From a virus (taxonomy: Duplodnaviria > Caudoviricetes): a stretch of DNA of 26,415 nt. Shown piece by piece: positions 16,439 through 25,172 of this stretch. How positions within the stretch are numbered: the first letter of the stretch is position 1; every line of letters begins with the position of its first letter. Location of the stretch: positions 1 to 26,415 of IMG/VR virus record IMGVR_UViG_3300038530_002606. One strand, 5' to 3'. Under the pieces are notes generated by a model that made no database searches, was not told where the DNA came from, and worked only from the letters and a program-made list of their open reading frames with translations. Made by a program: the position numbers and the translations under genes.

Positions 16439-16589
16439 TGTGCTTCGCAAGATTTTCAACTGTGCTGTCAAGACGCTCAATGCTCCTTGTCAAAGTTGCC
16501 ATACTTGCAGAAAGCCTCGCAAATGCCCAGACCACCCCACCTACTACGACAACGATGTTGCCAATCGCAAGTGGGATCTGCCAATCCAT
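16368..16589 (-). CDS. Holin/i-spanin-like protein (N-terminal TM plus coiled coil, 73 aa)
   Basis: IPLAIGNIVVVVGGVVWAFA TM followed by heptads ending RISALE; TGATG coupling with the upstream peptide gene. Confidence 0.6.
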   Translation of the reverse strand: MDWQIPLAIGNIVVVVGGVVWAFARLSASMATLTRSIERLDSTVENLAKHSVDHHIRISALESRVLQDQPADS

Positions 16590-16708
16590 CACATCTTCTT
16601 CTTCTGCTTGTCCTTCAGCATCTTGAGCCGCTTCATCATTTCTGATTTCTTCGACATCATTTTGCCTTTGCCCTTGCCTTTAGGTTTCATACCGCCACCG
16701 TGATACAT
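16589..16708 (-). CDS. Tiny Lys/Met-rich peptide (39 aa)
   Basis: Below the track cutoff. Strong TAGGAG RBS; MYHGGGMKPKGKGKGKMMSKKSEMMKRLKMLKDKQKKKM fills the gap between two genes. Confidence 0.75.
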   Translation of the reverse strand: MYHGGGMKPKGKGKGKMMSKKSEMMKRLKMLKDKQKKKM

Positions 16709-16722
16709 GGGGGTCTCCTAAA

Positions 16723-17493
16723 TTAGAGGGCAGTTGAAGAACGACCACAGGACACAAGGAAATAGTCCAAAAGGAACTTACCTTGATCCGTGCCATCAGT
16801 TTCGCAAACAAACGAAGGCAACAGCACTTGGCTGGTTGGCAATGTAGTAAGAGCCGAACCAACTTTTTCACCGTTGACAAACGCTTGGACTTGCCCATTT
16901 CTGATGACCATTCCCAACCGCACGAAGTCATCAACACCGACACCACTGTTTGCAGCAGTATCAATCTTGGCGACATCAGCACTGCCAGTTGCAGCAACAG
17001 AAGTGTTTTCTGCAATAAGGCTCATGTGACCTGCGGTTGGTGCTGCAACATCAGCACCGAAAGAGGCGCAAGAACTAAAACCGACCAAGGCGGTGTTGCT
17101 CAGAACTTCACTACCAATCAAGGTAGTGTCTGAAGCAGCAAGGCCAATGAACATTTGGTCAGTGAAGTCTTCTGAGCCAGCAGTAGCAGCAAAGCGAACG
17201 CGGGCCTCGAAGAACAAGTCACCTGCTTCATCAAGGATGATTCCATCCAAGAATTGGGCATTGACCCCATGTCCCGCACCGCCTGTGCCACCTGAGTCAA
17301 AGAGGAGCGCACCACCATGAACTGTGACATCTTTTGTGACACTGCCAGAGGTGACAGTATCAATCACAATTTGTTCATCAGCAGTAGGGTTGTAGCAACC
17401 GACAAAATCCTCAAAAATTTGGAATTGCCGTTGCGGAGTGTTAATTGGGAACGCGAAGCCCCCAGCCATTCCAGAATCATAACGTACAGCCAT
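16723..17493 (-). CDS. Putative capsid decoration/minor head protein with a ConA-like jelly roll (256 aa)
   Basis: Directly after the capsid gene; IFEDF motif, FFEARVRF, VQAFVNG and LLDYFLV strands. Confidence 0.6.
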   Translation of the reverse strand: MAVRYDSGMAGGFAFPINTPQRQFQIFEDFVGCYNPTADEQIVIDTVTSGSVTKDVTVHGGALLFDSGGTGGAGHGVNAQFLDGIILDEAGDLFFEARVRFAATAGSEDFTDQMFIGLAASDTTLIGSEVLSNTALVGFSSCASFGADVAAPTAGHMSLIAENTSVAATGSADVAKIDTAANSGVGVDDFVRLGMVIRNGQVQAFVNGEKVGSALTTLPTSQVLLPSFVCETDGTDQGKFLLDYFLVSCGRSSTAL

Positions 17494-17507
17494 TATTCAT
17501 TCCTTCC

Positions 17508-18551
17508 TTATACCGTTTCCAGACGGAAGAGACGACGGCGATCGGTACACATGTAGTTCAAAGTGCAGTCAACGAAGACTTGGAACGTGGTGTGTTGACC
17601 GGGAACAGTGTTCGGTCCTTCTTCCTTCATCCATTCGCCGGACAAGAAGACAGGCTTGAGAACGCCCCAGTTGATGCCGTAAATCGGGTTAGTGGTTTCT
17701 GCATCCAGTTTAGGAACGTAGATGACAGGGTTTTGACGGAAAGTAAGAAGACCGTCCTTGGAAGCAATGTCGTTTCCGAGGTTGTCGTTCTGGGCCTCAA
17801 GCACCTCTTCCAATCGACCAATCACGGCGTAGTTGGTGTAGTAGCCGTAGTTGTTGCCGGTGTTGTAGGAAGCGTGTGGTACAGGAGACTTGAAGTTGGT
17901 GAAGACAGCAGCCTTACGCCACTTGCGGATCAAGTCAGTCTTGTTGATGCTCGTGTAGGCAGCGACGTAGTTTCGCCATCCAGAGAACTTCTCAAGATCA
18001 GAGTTGATGCCACCAGCACCATCAGAGAAACCAGATGGGTTCTTGCCAAGGAAGCCCTCGTCGCTGCTGGTTGATGGTGGCACGATCCAGTGTGGGATAC
18101 CAAATGGTTTGAGACTGTCGCTTGAAGAAGTTGGAGTAGACCAAAGGTTGGTTTCCATCAGTTCAGCGAGTGACAACATCGCGTCGGCTCGACGGGTTTT
18201 CACCAGTTCCACGATGCGTGCCGGATTGGCGTTCATCTGAATTTCACGACGCTCGAAAGCGTAGTTGGTGGTGCAGTGTCGCCACGGAATGTTTGCCGTG
18301 GTCATAACGTCTGCGATGTTCACATTGTCAGATTCGTACAGGCCGACGTTCTTAGCAGCGTCGGATTGCGCGAACATGACGTTCCACTGAATGCCATGAC
18401 CGGATTGGTACTGGACCTTGTACTTCTGAAGAATGTTGGGGAGTGCGACATAATCCGTGAGGGTTGACGCAATCTCCGTAAACTTCAGCCGCCCGAGATC
18501 CCGAAGGGTCACAGTAATCAGATCAGCAATTTGTGCGGCTTGCAGTGCCAT
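17508..18551 (-). CDS. Major capsid protein (HK97 fold, podovirus-type; 347 aa)
   Basis: GAGGT RBS; follows the scaffold; E-loop-like GHGIQWNV...GLYESD, spine helix IVELVKTRRADAMLSLAELMETNLW, PFGIPHW, and C-terminal LNYMCTDRRR. Confidence 0.85.
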   Translation of the reverse strand: MALQAAQIADLITVTLRDLGRLKFTEIASTLTDYVALPNILQKYKVQYQSGHGIQWNVMFAQSDAAKNVGLYESDNVNIADVMTTANIPWRHCTTNYAFERREIQMNANPARIVELVKTRRADAMLSLAELMETNLWSTPTSSSDSLKPFGIPHWIVPPSTSSDEGFLGKNPSGFSDGAGGINSDLEKFSGWRNYVAAYTSINKTDLIRKWRKAAVFTNFKSPVPHASYNTGNNYGYYTNYAVIGRLEEVLEAQNDNLGNDIASKDGLLTFRQNPVIYVPKLDAETTNPIYGINWGVLKPVFLSGEWMKEEGPNTVPGQHTTFQVFVDCTLNYMCTDRRRLFRLETV

Positions 18552-18573
18552 GCTATTACCTCATACTTAGGGG

Positions 18574-19497
18574 TTAGAAATCTTGCGGATCGTCAATCCC
18601 GTTCAGCAATCCAGACTGCTCCATATACGACCTCACCGATTGCTTCGCAGCCGCCTCTGGGGACATGGCTCTTCCGCGTCGTTGAGTCGGGGATGCTGTG
18701 AACGCATCGCGGCGACTGTTTATAGCAGCCCGCATTTGTGCTGCTTGAATCTCGTCCCGATCTTGGGTGAACGCACTGGCAAGAGCCTTCTGCATGAGAA
18801 CGTCTTCAGAAGGTATTTCTCGCCCTTGGGCCTCATATCCGGCTGCAAGGGTGTTCATTTCCTCGATCAAGAGGACTCGATTCTCCAAAAACTGACTGTC
18901 ATCAGCCAGTTCTTCGGTAGGGCCAGAGCCGAACAGCCCTGAATAACCAGACCCTACCTCTTCAATCATCTGATCGAACTGAGCCTCAGTTTGCTCAATT
19001 TGTGCAGATTCTTGCATATTCTCAAAATCACCAAACACACGCTCAAAATTGGCTAACTTTTCCTCTAGTTTGCTAACCAAGCCTTCGACAGCGGCTTTTA
19101 CTTCGTCTGGTGTGCCTTCTGGAAGTTCGTAGTCCAACGAGAAGTCTGGCTCTTCTTCTTCCTCGTCAGCCTCGACCTCTTCCATTTGACGTTGTGCGAT
19201 TTCAATGTAGTTCTGGATGTTCTCAATAGAACCCAAACGGTCGATATCGTCCGGCTCTAGGCCAACATCCAAGGCCGCTTCAAGCAGATCATCTACTTCT
19301 ACGTCCTCTTCGTAGTATTCTTCTTCACTACCATCCGAGTTTTTGTCCTCGATGTAGTCCTCAAGGGCTTCCTGCTGCAAGTCATCATCTGGATCGTCAA
19401 AATCCAGTTGGTCTTCCAACTGCTCCTCTGGAGTCATTGCCTGTTCTTCGACAACCTCTTCGCCTTCACTGGCTTCTATATTTTGTTCTTCAGTCAC
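18574..19497 (-). CDS. Capsid scaffolding protein (about 307 aa)
   Basis: Extremely D/E-rich and helical with a basic C-terminal patch (PTQRRGR); lies between portal and capsid genes. GTG 19497 overlapping the upstream stop is preferred over the track start. Confidence 0.75.
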   Translation of the reverse strand: MTEEQNIEASEGEEVVEEQAMTPEEQLEDQLDFDDPDDDLQQEALEDYIEDKNSDGSEEEYYEEDVEVDDLLEAALDVGLEPDDIDRLGSIENIQNYIEIAQRQMEEVEADEEEEEPDFSLDYELPEGTPDEVKAAVEGLVSKLEEKLANFERVFGDFENMQESAQIEQTEAQFDQMIEEVGSGYSGLFGSGPTEELADDSQFLENRVLLIEEMNTLAAGYEAQGREIPSEDVLMQKALASAFTQDRDEIQAAQMRAAINSRRDAFTASPTQRRGRAMSPEAAAKQSVRSYMEQSGLLNGIDDPQDF

Positions 19498-19849
19498 CGT
19501 AGCCACCGTTTCTATCGTGCAGGTTGAAAGCCTTGAGGTGCGCTGCACGGTGCGACCGGCTCGTAAAGATTGCTCGCCCATCCTTGGTGTAGTCAGTATT
19601 GACCCCATGTTTGGCAGCATGTTGTTTCATTTCATTGATTTGTGATGGGTGACAGCCTGCCCCCTCCGACATGATTGGCTGTCGCCATACGTCGTTGACA
19701 TCACTGTGACCACGCATCTCAACATCTACCCGACGCTTGACGGTTTCGCCGTCAAGGACCGGGTTCTTGTCAAAATCCTCCATCTCGGAGATGGTCATAA
19801 TTTTTTCGATGATTTCGCCGTTTGGCTTTTCGTAGCAATACGTTGGCAT
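19490..19849 (-). CDS. FmdB-like protein lacking the zinc-ribbon cysteines (119 aa)
   Basis: MPTYxY start and position after the portal are typical of phage FmdB-like genes; C-terminus GRAIFTSRSHRAAHLKAFNL. Confidence 0.6.
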   Translation of the reverse strand: MPTYCYEKPNGEIIEKIMTISEMEDFDKNPVLDGETVKRRVDVEMRGHSDVNDVWRQPIMSEGAGCHPSQINEMKQHAAKHGVNTDYTKDGRAIFTSRSHRAAHLKAFNLHDRNGGYGD

Positions 19850-21621
19850 TATTCCGCTGGCCTCATAATCGAAGCGGCCTCGCTGTCCTGAACACCGCGT
19901 CCAGTAAGCAGCAGGCGGCTCATCATTTCATCCTGACCCTGCCTCGTCGCACCCGGCTTGTTGACTCGTACCGATTCAGTTCTCTTGTGTACAGACCTGT
20001 TTGCAGCCTGATCTTTTTCAGTTCCAACAGGCACGCCCTGTTTGGAATCAACAACCATTTGTCCAAGATCAGGCAACTGAGTGTATTCGCCAAGCATACT
20101 AACCAGTTTACGAACATCCAGCGCAAGACCCTGCTGCTGCATCATCGGCATAAGTGGGTTTATAAATTGACCCATAACTTGCGTAAGAGCCTGCAACTTC
20201 ATGCCGGGGGTTGACTGCTGGAGGCTGTGAGGCTGAACATCAATGCTGAAGTTTACAAACTCACCCTCAGCCTTGGAGCCTTCGTATACAAACGGCACTT
20301 TGATTGAACCATTTTTGCCAACAGCCTTTTCAAGTTCCAGTTTGACAAAGCGATCTTCAAACAGATGTTGCGCAATCGCAGTCACAGTTTCTTTAACGAA
20401 TGAAATGACTTGGCTCTGCATGTCAGCAACACGGTTAGACGCTGACTGCGAAATAAGTTTGTCTTGACCTACCGTGTCAGACTGCGTACCAAGGCCACCC
20501 AGAGCGTCAAGATTGCCGCCCAAGTAGGTGAAAAGTGACTTGGTTTGCAACATGAAACCAAGGGTCTGTTGGTCGATGCCACCAAACTTGTATGTCTTGA
20601 TCGCGTCAGGATCGTCAAGGCGAATCATTTCGCCATCAGCAGCGTTTTGCAAGTTTTTGGCATCACCTTCCGCAGACCCACGGAAACCAACAATGTCTTT
20701 TTGTCGTTCTGCCTGCCGCCCTAGTTTGCGGAACAAGGTGTTAGACAGTTCGTGCATGTCAATGAGTGTGGCAACAGGAGCCAAAGGCATGGTGTTGCCC
20801 GGCACATCCGAGAACTGCAAGAAGTGATATGGCCCTTCAATCGGGCCGTTGTACTCAACCTGACGAATTAAATGGTGCGGTGCGCCTGTGTCATCGGCTG
20901 CAAATGTCAGGATCTTCCCTTCTTGCGGCAACCACATTTCCCAGAGTTCTGCGTACTCATACGCTTCGTCTTTGTCGTAAGACGTTTCATTGCCGAGGCT
21001 AAACGACTTCGGATCTCCCGTTTCATTGTTTCTGCTCCTACGAACCGCTTGGATTTTATCGGTGTCTTCATACAGGTCGGACTCTTTGACTGCATGAAGC
21101 GGCAGTCGGAACCTGTTGCCCATGAAAGCACATTCCGTCATTTCTTGGGCATTCATGTCGTGAACCCAGTCATCAAGACCAACACACTCTGCATAGGGCT
21201 GTCCTGAACGAGTCAGGAAACCACGGATAGGTTGGCTTGGCTCACTGACACCAACTTTCACAATACCCATAGAGAACAAAGCATCGACTGTCGCTTGACG
21301 CAAAGTTTGCTCAAAGTTCATTTCACCAAGCAGGTGGTTTGTTGCAAGTTCAAACTCTTTGGAAAAAATACGCAGTTCACGCTGGCGTGTTCCAATCGTG
21401 ATTGCAGGTCGGCGGGATGCCAGTTGTCTTGAATAAATGTTGATTGCCAACTCAATAAAGTTGACCGGCACACGATCAGCAGCACCCTGATCGGAGTAGT
21501 TGCGACCGACATACTCACGGAGAGCAGCCAAACGGCGGACTCTGTAAGGCTCAAGTCGCCTTCTGCTGTGGCTGACCGCAGCCTTGAGTCGGGAAATGTC
21601 TACGTTGCCGACTTTTACCAT
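19849..21621 (-). CDS. Portal protein (P22/podovirus-like; 590 aa)
   Basis: Follows terL; PVNFIELAI...RP, DALFSMGIVKVG, ELWEMW, GPYHFL motifs and a Q-rich C-terminal region. Confidence 0.85.
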   Translation of the reverse strand: MVKVGNVDISRLKAAVSHSRRRLEPYRVRRLAALREYVGRNYSDQGAADRVPVNFIELAINIYSRQLASRRPAITIGTRQRELRIFSKEFELATNHLLGEMNFEQTLRQATVDALFSMGIVKVGVSEPSQPIRGFLTRSGQPYAECVGLDDWVHDMNAQEMTECAFMGNRFRLPLHAVKESDLYEDTDKIQAVRRSRNNETGDPKSFSLGNETSYDKDEAYEYAELWEMWLPQEGKILTFAADDTGAPHHLIRQVEYNGPIEGPYHFLQFSDVPGNTMPLAPVATLIDMHELSNTLFRKLGRQAERQKDIVGFRGSAEGDAKNLQNAADGEMIRLDDPDAIKTYKFGGIDQQTLGFMLQTKSLFTYLGGNLDALGGLGTQSDTVGQDKLISQSASNRVADMQSQVISFVKETVTAIAQHLFEDRFVKLELEKAVGKNGSIKVPFVYEGSKAEGEFVNFSIDVQPHSLQQSTPGMKLQALTQVMGQFINPLMPMMQQQGLALDVRKLVSMLGEYTQLPDLGQMVVDSKQGVPVGTEKDQAANRSVHKRTESVRVNKPGATRQGQDEMMSRLLLTGRGVQDSEAASIMRPAE

Positions 21622-23348
21622 TTTGCTTTTTCAACCTTCTTCTGTTTACGGCTTTTTTGCCGATACGCCAAAGTACCGTACACGGAACCTTTGTCCTCTT
21701 TTATCATCGGATCGGGAGTCACGTTGGTTAATTTAGCCGCTAGAGAGTCTGCAATCACCCTATCGCCATGATTGTCTTTTGCACCAGACGGGTCAGTGCC
21801 GTGTCGAGAACGACTATGCACAACTCCCCCAGTTTGACTAAACACATATTCACGGCACTCCTTGAGGGCTGCTCTGCTTCTGTTTGTAATGTCTCCGTTG
21901 GACAACATTCGTCGGTAGTTGCCGAGTAGCGCAATTTTTTCCTCTTTGGTGCTGTACCAGCCCGGAATGCTGCTGGTCTTGGAAGACACAGATTTGTCAT
22001 TCCTACGGAAGTAGATGTTCCCGTATCCCAACTCCATAATTACGTCACCAAAAATGCGACCGGGACCGTTGGCCTCCCAAATCAAATGCGCTCCAACTTC
22101 AGACTTCCCTTTGAACATATGACACAAAGCAACCACAGCCCTTGCGAACTGGTCTGGCCTCATATCAGGTGTGACAAATTCAGCAACCTTCTCGCCATCC
22201 TTACGTCTGACCACAGAGGCAACGCTGTTGCTACTACCAGTTCCAGTGGCAATGTCTGCACCGATTACATAGTCACAGTCTTGGGGTGGCATGTTGAAGT
22301 CATTAAGTTCGACCCAAAGCGAGACTGGGGCGTTTGGATAAGATGAAACCCCTGACAACCGGCCTGCTGGGTCGTGTTCCAAAGCGACTTGACGCAGCGG
22401 CGGCTTTATTTTTTCTTCCGCCCGCGTGACCACTTCCTCTGGGAAAAAGAGATATTCCGACCCCGCGAAGTCGAGGTCGAGTTCTTGTGCGACTTCGACT
22501 GGGTGCGTACGCCTCTTGAGTTCGTTCTCATACCAAGGCGATGTAGGCTTACCATCGCTGCCATGTCGTAGGCCAACATTTTTTCGTGGATCTTGAGTCC
22601 AGTGAAATTTGAGTGTTTTTGTCCTGCCTGAGTGAACAATGTCATAGAAGACATTTCCGGAACCCTTCGGGGTGCTAATAAACCATCTGGTGTTCGACGC
22701 ATCTGCGGTTGCTGCAAGCACTTGACCACCATTTTCCACGCTCGCAAACTCATCAAGCGCGATGCAGGTCTTACGATCACCCCGAGCCACATCACCCGTG
22801 GTTGACTCTCCAGTGATTGCTGATCCATTGTCATCGTTGGTTAGCCGTAGTTTGGTGCGAGTGAGGTTGGGAACCAACCAGCCCGGCAAGTGGTCAAGGA
22901 AAAAGTCAATCTTGGCGAAAAGACTGGCACTGTTGCCCGGTGAATCTACCAAACCTTCTTTACGACTGACAAGTAGCAAAGACTTCAAAGGTTTGAAATG
23001 CCAGTACCAAGCAAAAACTGTGGTGGTCAGCCAAGACGCACCCATGTCCCGAGACTTGACCATTGCAAGATCATGCCCATTGTCAATGGAATCACACATC
23101 TCGTCGATGGCTTCTTCTTGAAACGGGTACAAAACAAACGGCCTTGCTGCTGGGTCAAGCCGTGGGTCGAGGGTGTAGCCAAAGGTATTGATGTAAAAGA
23201 AGATGTCCCGATTGCACATCTTCCATAGTTCAGCCTGCGTCTTCGGACTGCCCTTGGCTTTCGTCAAGATGTCCCGACGAAATGCGAGGTTCTGAATCAT
23301 GGTCTTCGGGACAAGATGGGAGTATGGGTGTTCCGGCAAGGTAGTCAA
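21615..23348 (-). CDS. terL: Terminase large subunit (577 aa)
   Basis: Adenine-binding LYPFQ, Walker A VKSRDMGASW, Walker B IALDEFA, coupling motif ISTPKG, RNase H-like IGADIATG and HGDRVIAD; TTG start with AGAGG RBS. Confidence 0.95.
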   Translation of the reverse strand: MTTLPEHPYSHLVPKTMIQNLAFRRDILTKAKGSPKTQAELWKMCNRDIFFYINTFGYTLDPRLDPAARPFVLYPFQEEAIDEMCDSIDNGHDLAMVKSRDMGASWLTTTVFAWYWHFKPLKSLLLVSRKEGLVDSPGNSASLFAKIDFFLDHLPGWLVPNLTRTKLRLTNDDNGSAITGESTTGDVARGDRKTCIALDEFASVENGGQVLAATADASNTRWFISTPKGSGNVFYDIVHSGRTKTLKFHWTQDPRKNVGLRHGSDGKPTSPWYENELKRRTHPVEVAQELDLDFAGSEYLFFPEEVVTRAEEKIKPPLRQVALEHDPAGRLSGVSSYPNAPVSLWVELNDFNMPPQDCDYVIGADIATGTGSSNSVASVVRRKDGEKVAEFVTPDMRPDQFARAVVALCHMFKGKSEVGAHLIWEANGPGRIFGDVIMELGYGNIYFRRNDKSVSSKTSSIPGWYSTKEEKIALLGNYRRMLSNGDITNRSRAALKECREYVFSQTGGVVHSRSRHGTDPSGAKDNHGDRVIADSLAAKLTNVTPDPMIKEDKGSVYGTLAYRQKSRKQKKVEKAKW

Positions 23349-23700
23349 TCGCCCTCTTTAGGTTGTCTACGGAGTCCCCCAGAAATCCCAAGCCTCTGTT
23401 GGTAGAGCCGTTCAGCAAGCCACGAATCTGTCCAGTCCGGTGACAGTGATCCACATGGCAGGTCTTTGAATCCAAATTGCGGAGTGTCACTGGGTCTTTC
23501 CCCCCCTGCTGGTCCCACAGATCCCACCACATCTGCTTCGTCAGCCCGAACTTTCTCTTGATCTTGTCCCATCTCTGACATTCCTTGCAGATTTTGTTGG
23601 GGTAGGTCTTTCCGCTTTTCTTGACTGACCAAGTAAACTCGCTACTCGGCAACACCTTCTGACACACTCGGCACTTGCACTTGTGTTTCTTCTGGCTCAA
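23230..23700 (-). CDS. Endonuclease VII-family (His-Me finger) nuclease, probably a free-standing homing endonuclease
   Basis: N-terminal CRVC...CKEC, KFGLT...QQGG, HVDHCHRTGQIRGLL...NRGLGFLGDS...AIDYL; GGAGG RBS before TTG. Confidence 0.85.
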   Translation of the reverse strand: MSQKKHKCKCRVCQKVLPSSEFTWSVKKSGKTYPNKICKECQRWDKIKRKFGLTKQMWWDLWDQQGGKDPVTLRNLDSKTCHVDHCHRTGQIRGLLNGSTNRGLGFLGDSVDNLKRAIDYLAGTPILPSCPEDHDSEPRISSGHLDESQGQSEDAG

Positions 23701-24184
23701 GAGTCGCCTCCAGACGGGCGAGGATTTCTAGTTCCTCATTGCCATCATCGGAAAAGCGTGCTTCAGCATCGAGTTGCGACTTGGTGGGCATCAACTTCGC
23801 CCAGATTTGTGAATAGAAACTCGCAGCGTTAGATGGCGAAGCGTGGACCCATTTGAGTAGACCAACAGCACCTTTGCTCGGAACTGCGGTTTGCGGGATA
23901 TTTGAAATGGGAACTGCGGCGTATTCAAAAACGAAAGACGCAGCCTCTCGTTCTGAGCAACTACCCTGCGGGGCAAGTAAGGATAATTCAGCATACGGAC
24001 ACGTTGCCGGTTTTTTAGGAACGCGGGGTTTGGGTTCGGGCTGTATTTGTCTGACCTGCTCATACGCCGTTGCTGCTGCATCTTTTGGAGACAACCCTTC
24101 CTGTCTTAGTATTTCTCTCAGTTCTAAATACTTGTCCCAGACTCCTAGTTCCTGCAACTCGGCTTTGGTGTCCGCTTTATTCAT
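23642..24184 (-). CDS. Putative terminase small subunit (180 aa)
   Basis: Upstream of terL; helical; LLKWV...N...FYSQIWAKLMP resembles TerS oligomerisation helices. Confidence 0.55.
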   Translation of the reverse strand: MNKADTKAELQELGVWDKYLELREILRQEGLSPKDAAATAYEQVRQIQPEPKPRVPKKPATCPYAELSLLAPQGSCSEREAASFVFEYAAVPISNIPQTAVPSKGAVGLLKWVHASPSNAASFYSQIWAKLMPTKSQLDAEARFSDDGNEELEILARLEATLEPEETQVQVPSVSEGVAE

Positions 24185-24402
24185 GCACGCTTACCTTTTG
24201 TACGGTTGGTCTTGCGTGAGACTACCCGAAGGTTGTCCTTGCCGTTGCCACCACCCTTGCTTAGTGGTGTCTTGTGATCCACCTCACGGGGATCTCCAAC
24301 CTTAAGTTTCTTCTTACGACGGGCCATAACACGCATCGACCGGGCCTTTCGGGCAGCCGGGGTGCTGTGAAACTTGCCGTACTCGCGTTTGTAGTCTCTC
24401 AA
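24181..24402 (-). CDS. Small HNH (HNN) endonuclease-like protein (73 aa)
   Basis: EVDHKTPLSKGGGNGKDNLRVVSRKTNRTKG motif; RDYKREY N-terminus; adjacent to the terminase genes. Confidence 0.85.
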   Translation of the reverse strand: MRDYKREYGKFHSTPAARKARSMRVMARRKKKLKVGDPREVDHKTPLSKGGGNGKDNLRVVSRKTNRTKGKRA

Positions 24403-24755
24403 ACCCGACCGTATTTCTTTCTTAGTTTGCGGCCCTTCTTGTCTGATTCTTTCATTGATGCTTTGACAGCCTTGCCAACACTCTTGAATCTCTCGCTCAT
24501 CTCTCCACGACGCCGAGCAACACGTTTAGCCTGCTTTGCTGATTTGAAATCTTCGCCAGTCTTTGTATTGAAGGACGGGACATTGACAAACTTTTTGCCC
24601 TTCTTGCCAGCATCAACCGTTATGGTTCGGCTTGTTTCAGGTTGATTCAGTTGGTTGAGGTAGATCCGGCGACCACCCAACTTTTTGTTGGTGGATCGAC
24701 GCACAGACACTCCCGCCGCAGCCTTGAACCTATCTAACATTGATGGTTTACGCAC
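24399..24755 (-). CDS. Basic hypothetical phage protein (118 aa)
   Basis: Coupled to both neighbours; K/R-rich. Start is GTG 24755 or ATG 24740. Confidence 0.7.
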   Translation of the reverse strand: MRKPSMLDRFKAAAGVSVRRSTNKKLGGRRIYLNQLNQPETSRTITVDAGKKGKKFVNVPSFNTKTGEDFKSAKQAKRVARRRGEMSERFKSVGKAVKASMKESDKKGRKLRKKYGRV

Positions 24756-24993
24756 GCTTGCTGGCCTTCTTCACGCCCTGCTTCCAACTGATCCGGGCTG
24801 GCCCAGTCTTTTTCTTCTTCGCAGCGGTGCACTGGGCCATGGTGGGGCGACAGGCGGGGTAGGGCCGCTTTGACCCACCCTTCGCCGATTTTCGCCCACA
24901 AGGTTTGCCGGTCTTGCAATCGACCCAGCCCTTACCCTTGTTCTGGGCAAACCATTGGCGGAGTCCACCGCCTGTGTTTGCCATGCGTGCCAT
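24748..24993 (-). CDS. Small basic Cys-containing protein (resembles the C-terminal half of DUF5872)
   Basis: GLRQWF...WVDCKTGKPCGRKS...RPYPACRP motif; family name recalled, not searched. Confidence 0.7.
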   Translation of the reverse strand: MARMANTGGGLRQWFAQNKGKGWVDCKTGKPCGRKSAKGGSKRPYPACRPTMAQCTAAKKKKTGPARISWKQGVKKASKRA

Positions 24994-25172
24994 TACATGC
25001 TCTTCTTACGCTTGTTTTTCATCGCACCAGCAATGACATCAGCACGGGTGATCTTGTCCCGTGGCTCTGCCAAAGCAGCCAGTCCCATCTTCATGCGACT
25101 ACGCATGCCCTTTTTCTTCTTCTTCATGCCTTCCATGCCGGTGATGTCTTTACCGCCCATTCCGTGTTTCAT
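24993..25172 (-). CDS. Small Lys/Met-rich protein (59 aa)
   Basis: ATG 25172 overlaps the upstream TGA; MKHGMGG...LAALAEPRDKITRADVIAGA. Confidence 0.75.
   Translation of the reverse strand: MKHGMGGKDITGMEGMKKKKKGMRSRMKMGLAALAEPRDKITRADVIAGAMKNKRKKSM

Noticed and set aside
17494-17510. Capsid stop readthrough or frameshift into the next gene
   Set aside because: A second in-frame TAA follows four codons later, there is no clear slippery heptamer, and the next gene has its own RBS.
19498-19620. N-terminal extension of the scaffold ORF (similarly the track starts at 7365, 15097, 16307, 25229 and 25783)
   Set aside because: These extensions run deep into upstream genes; downstream coupled starts fit better.
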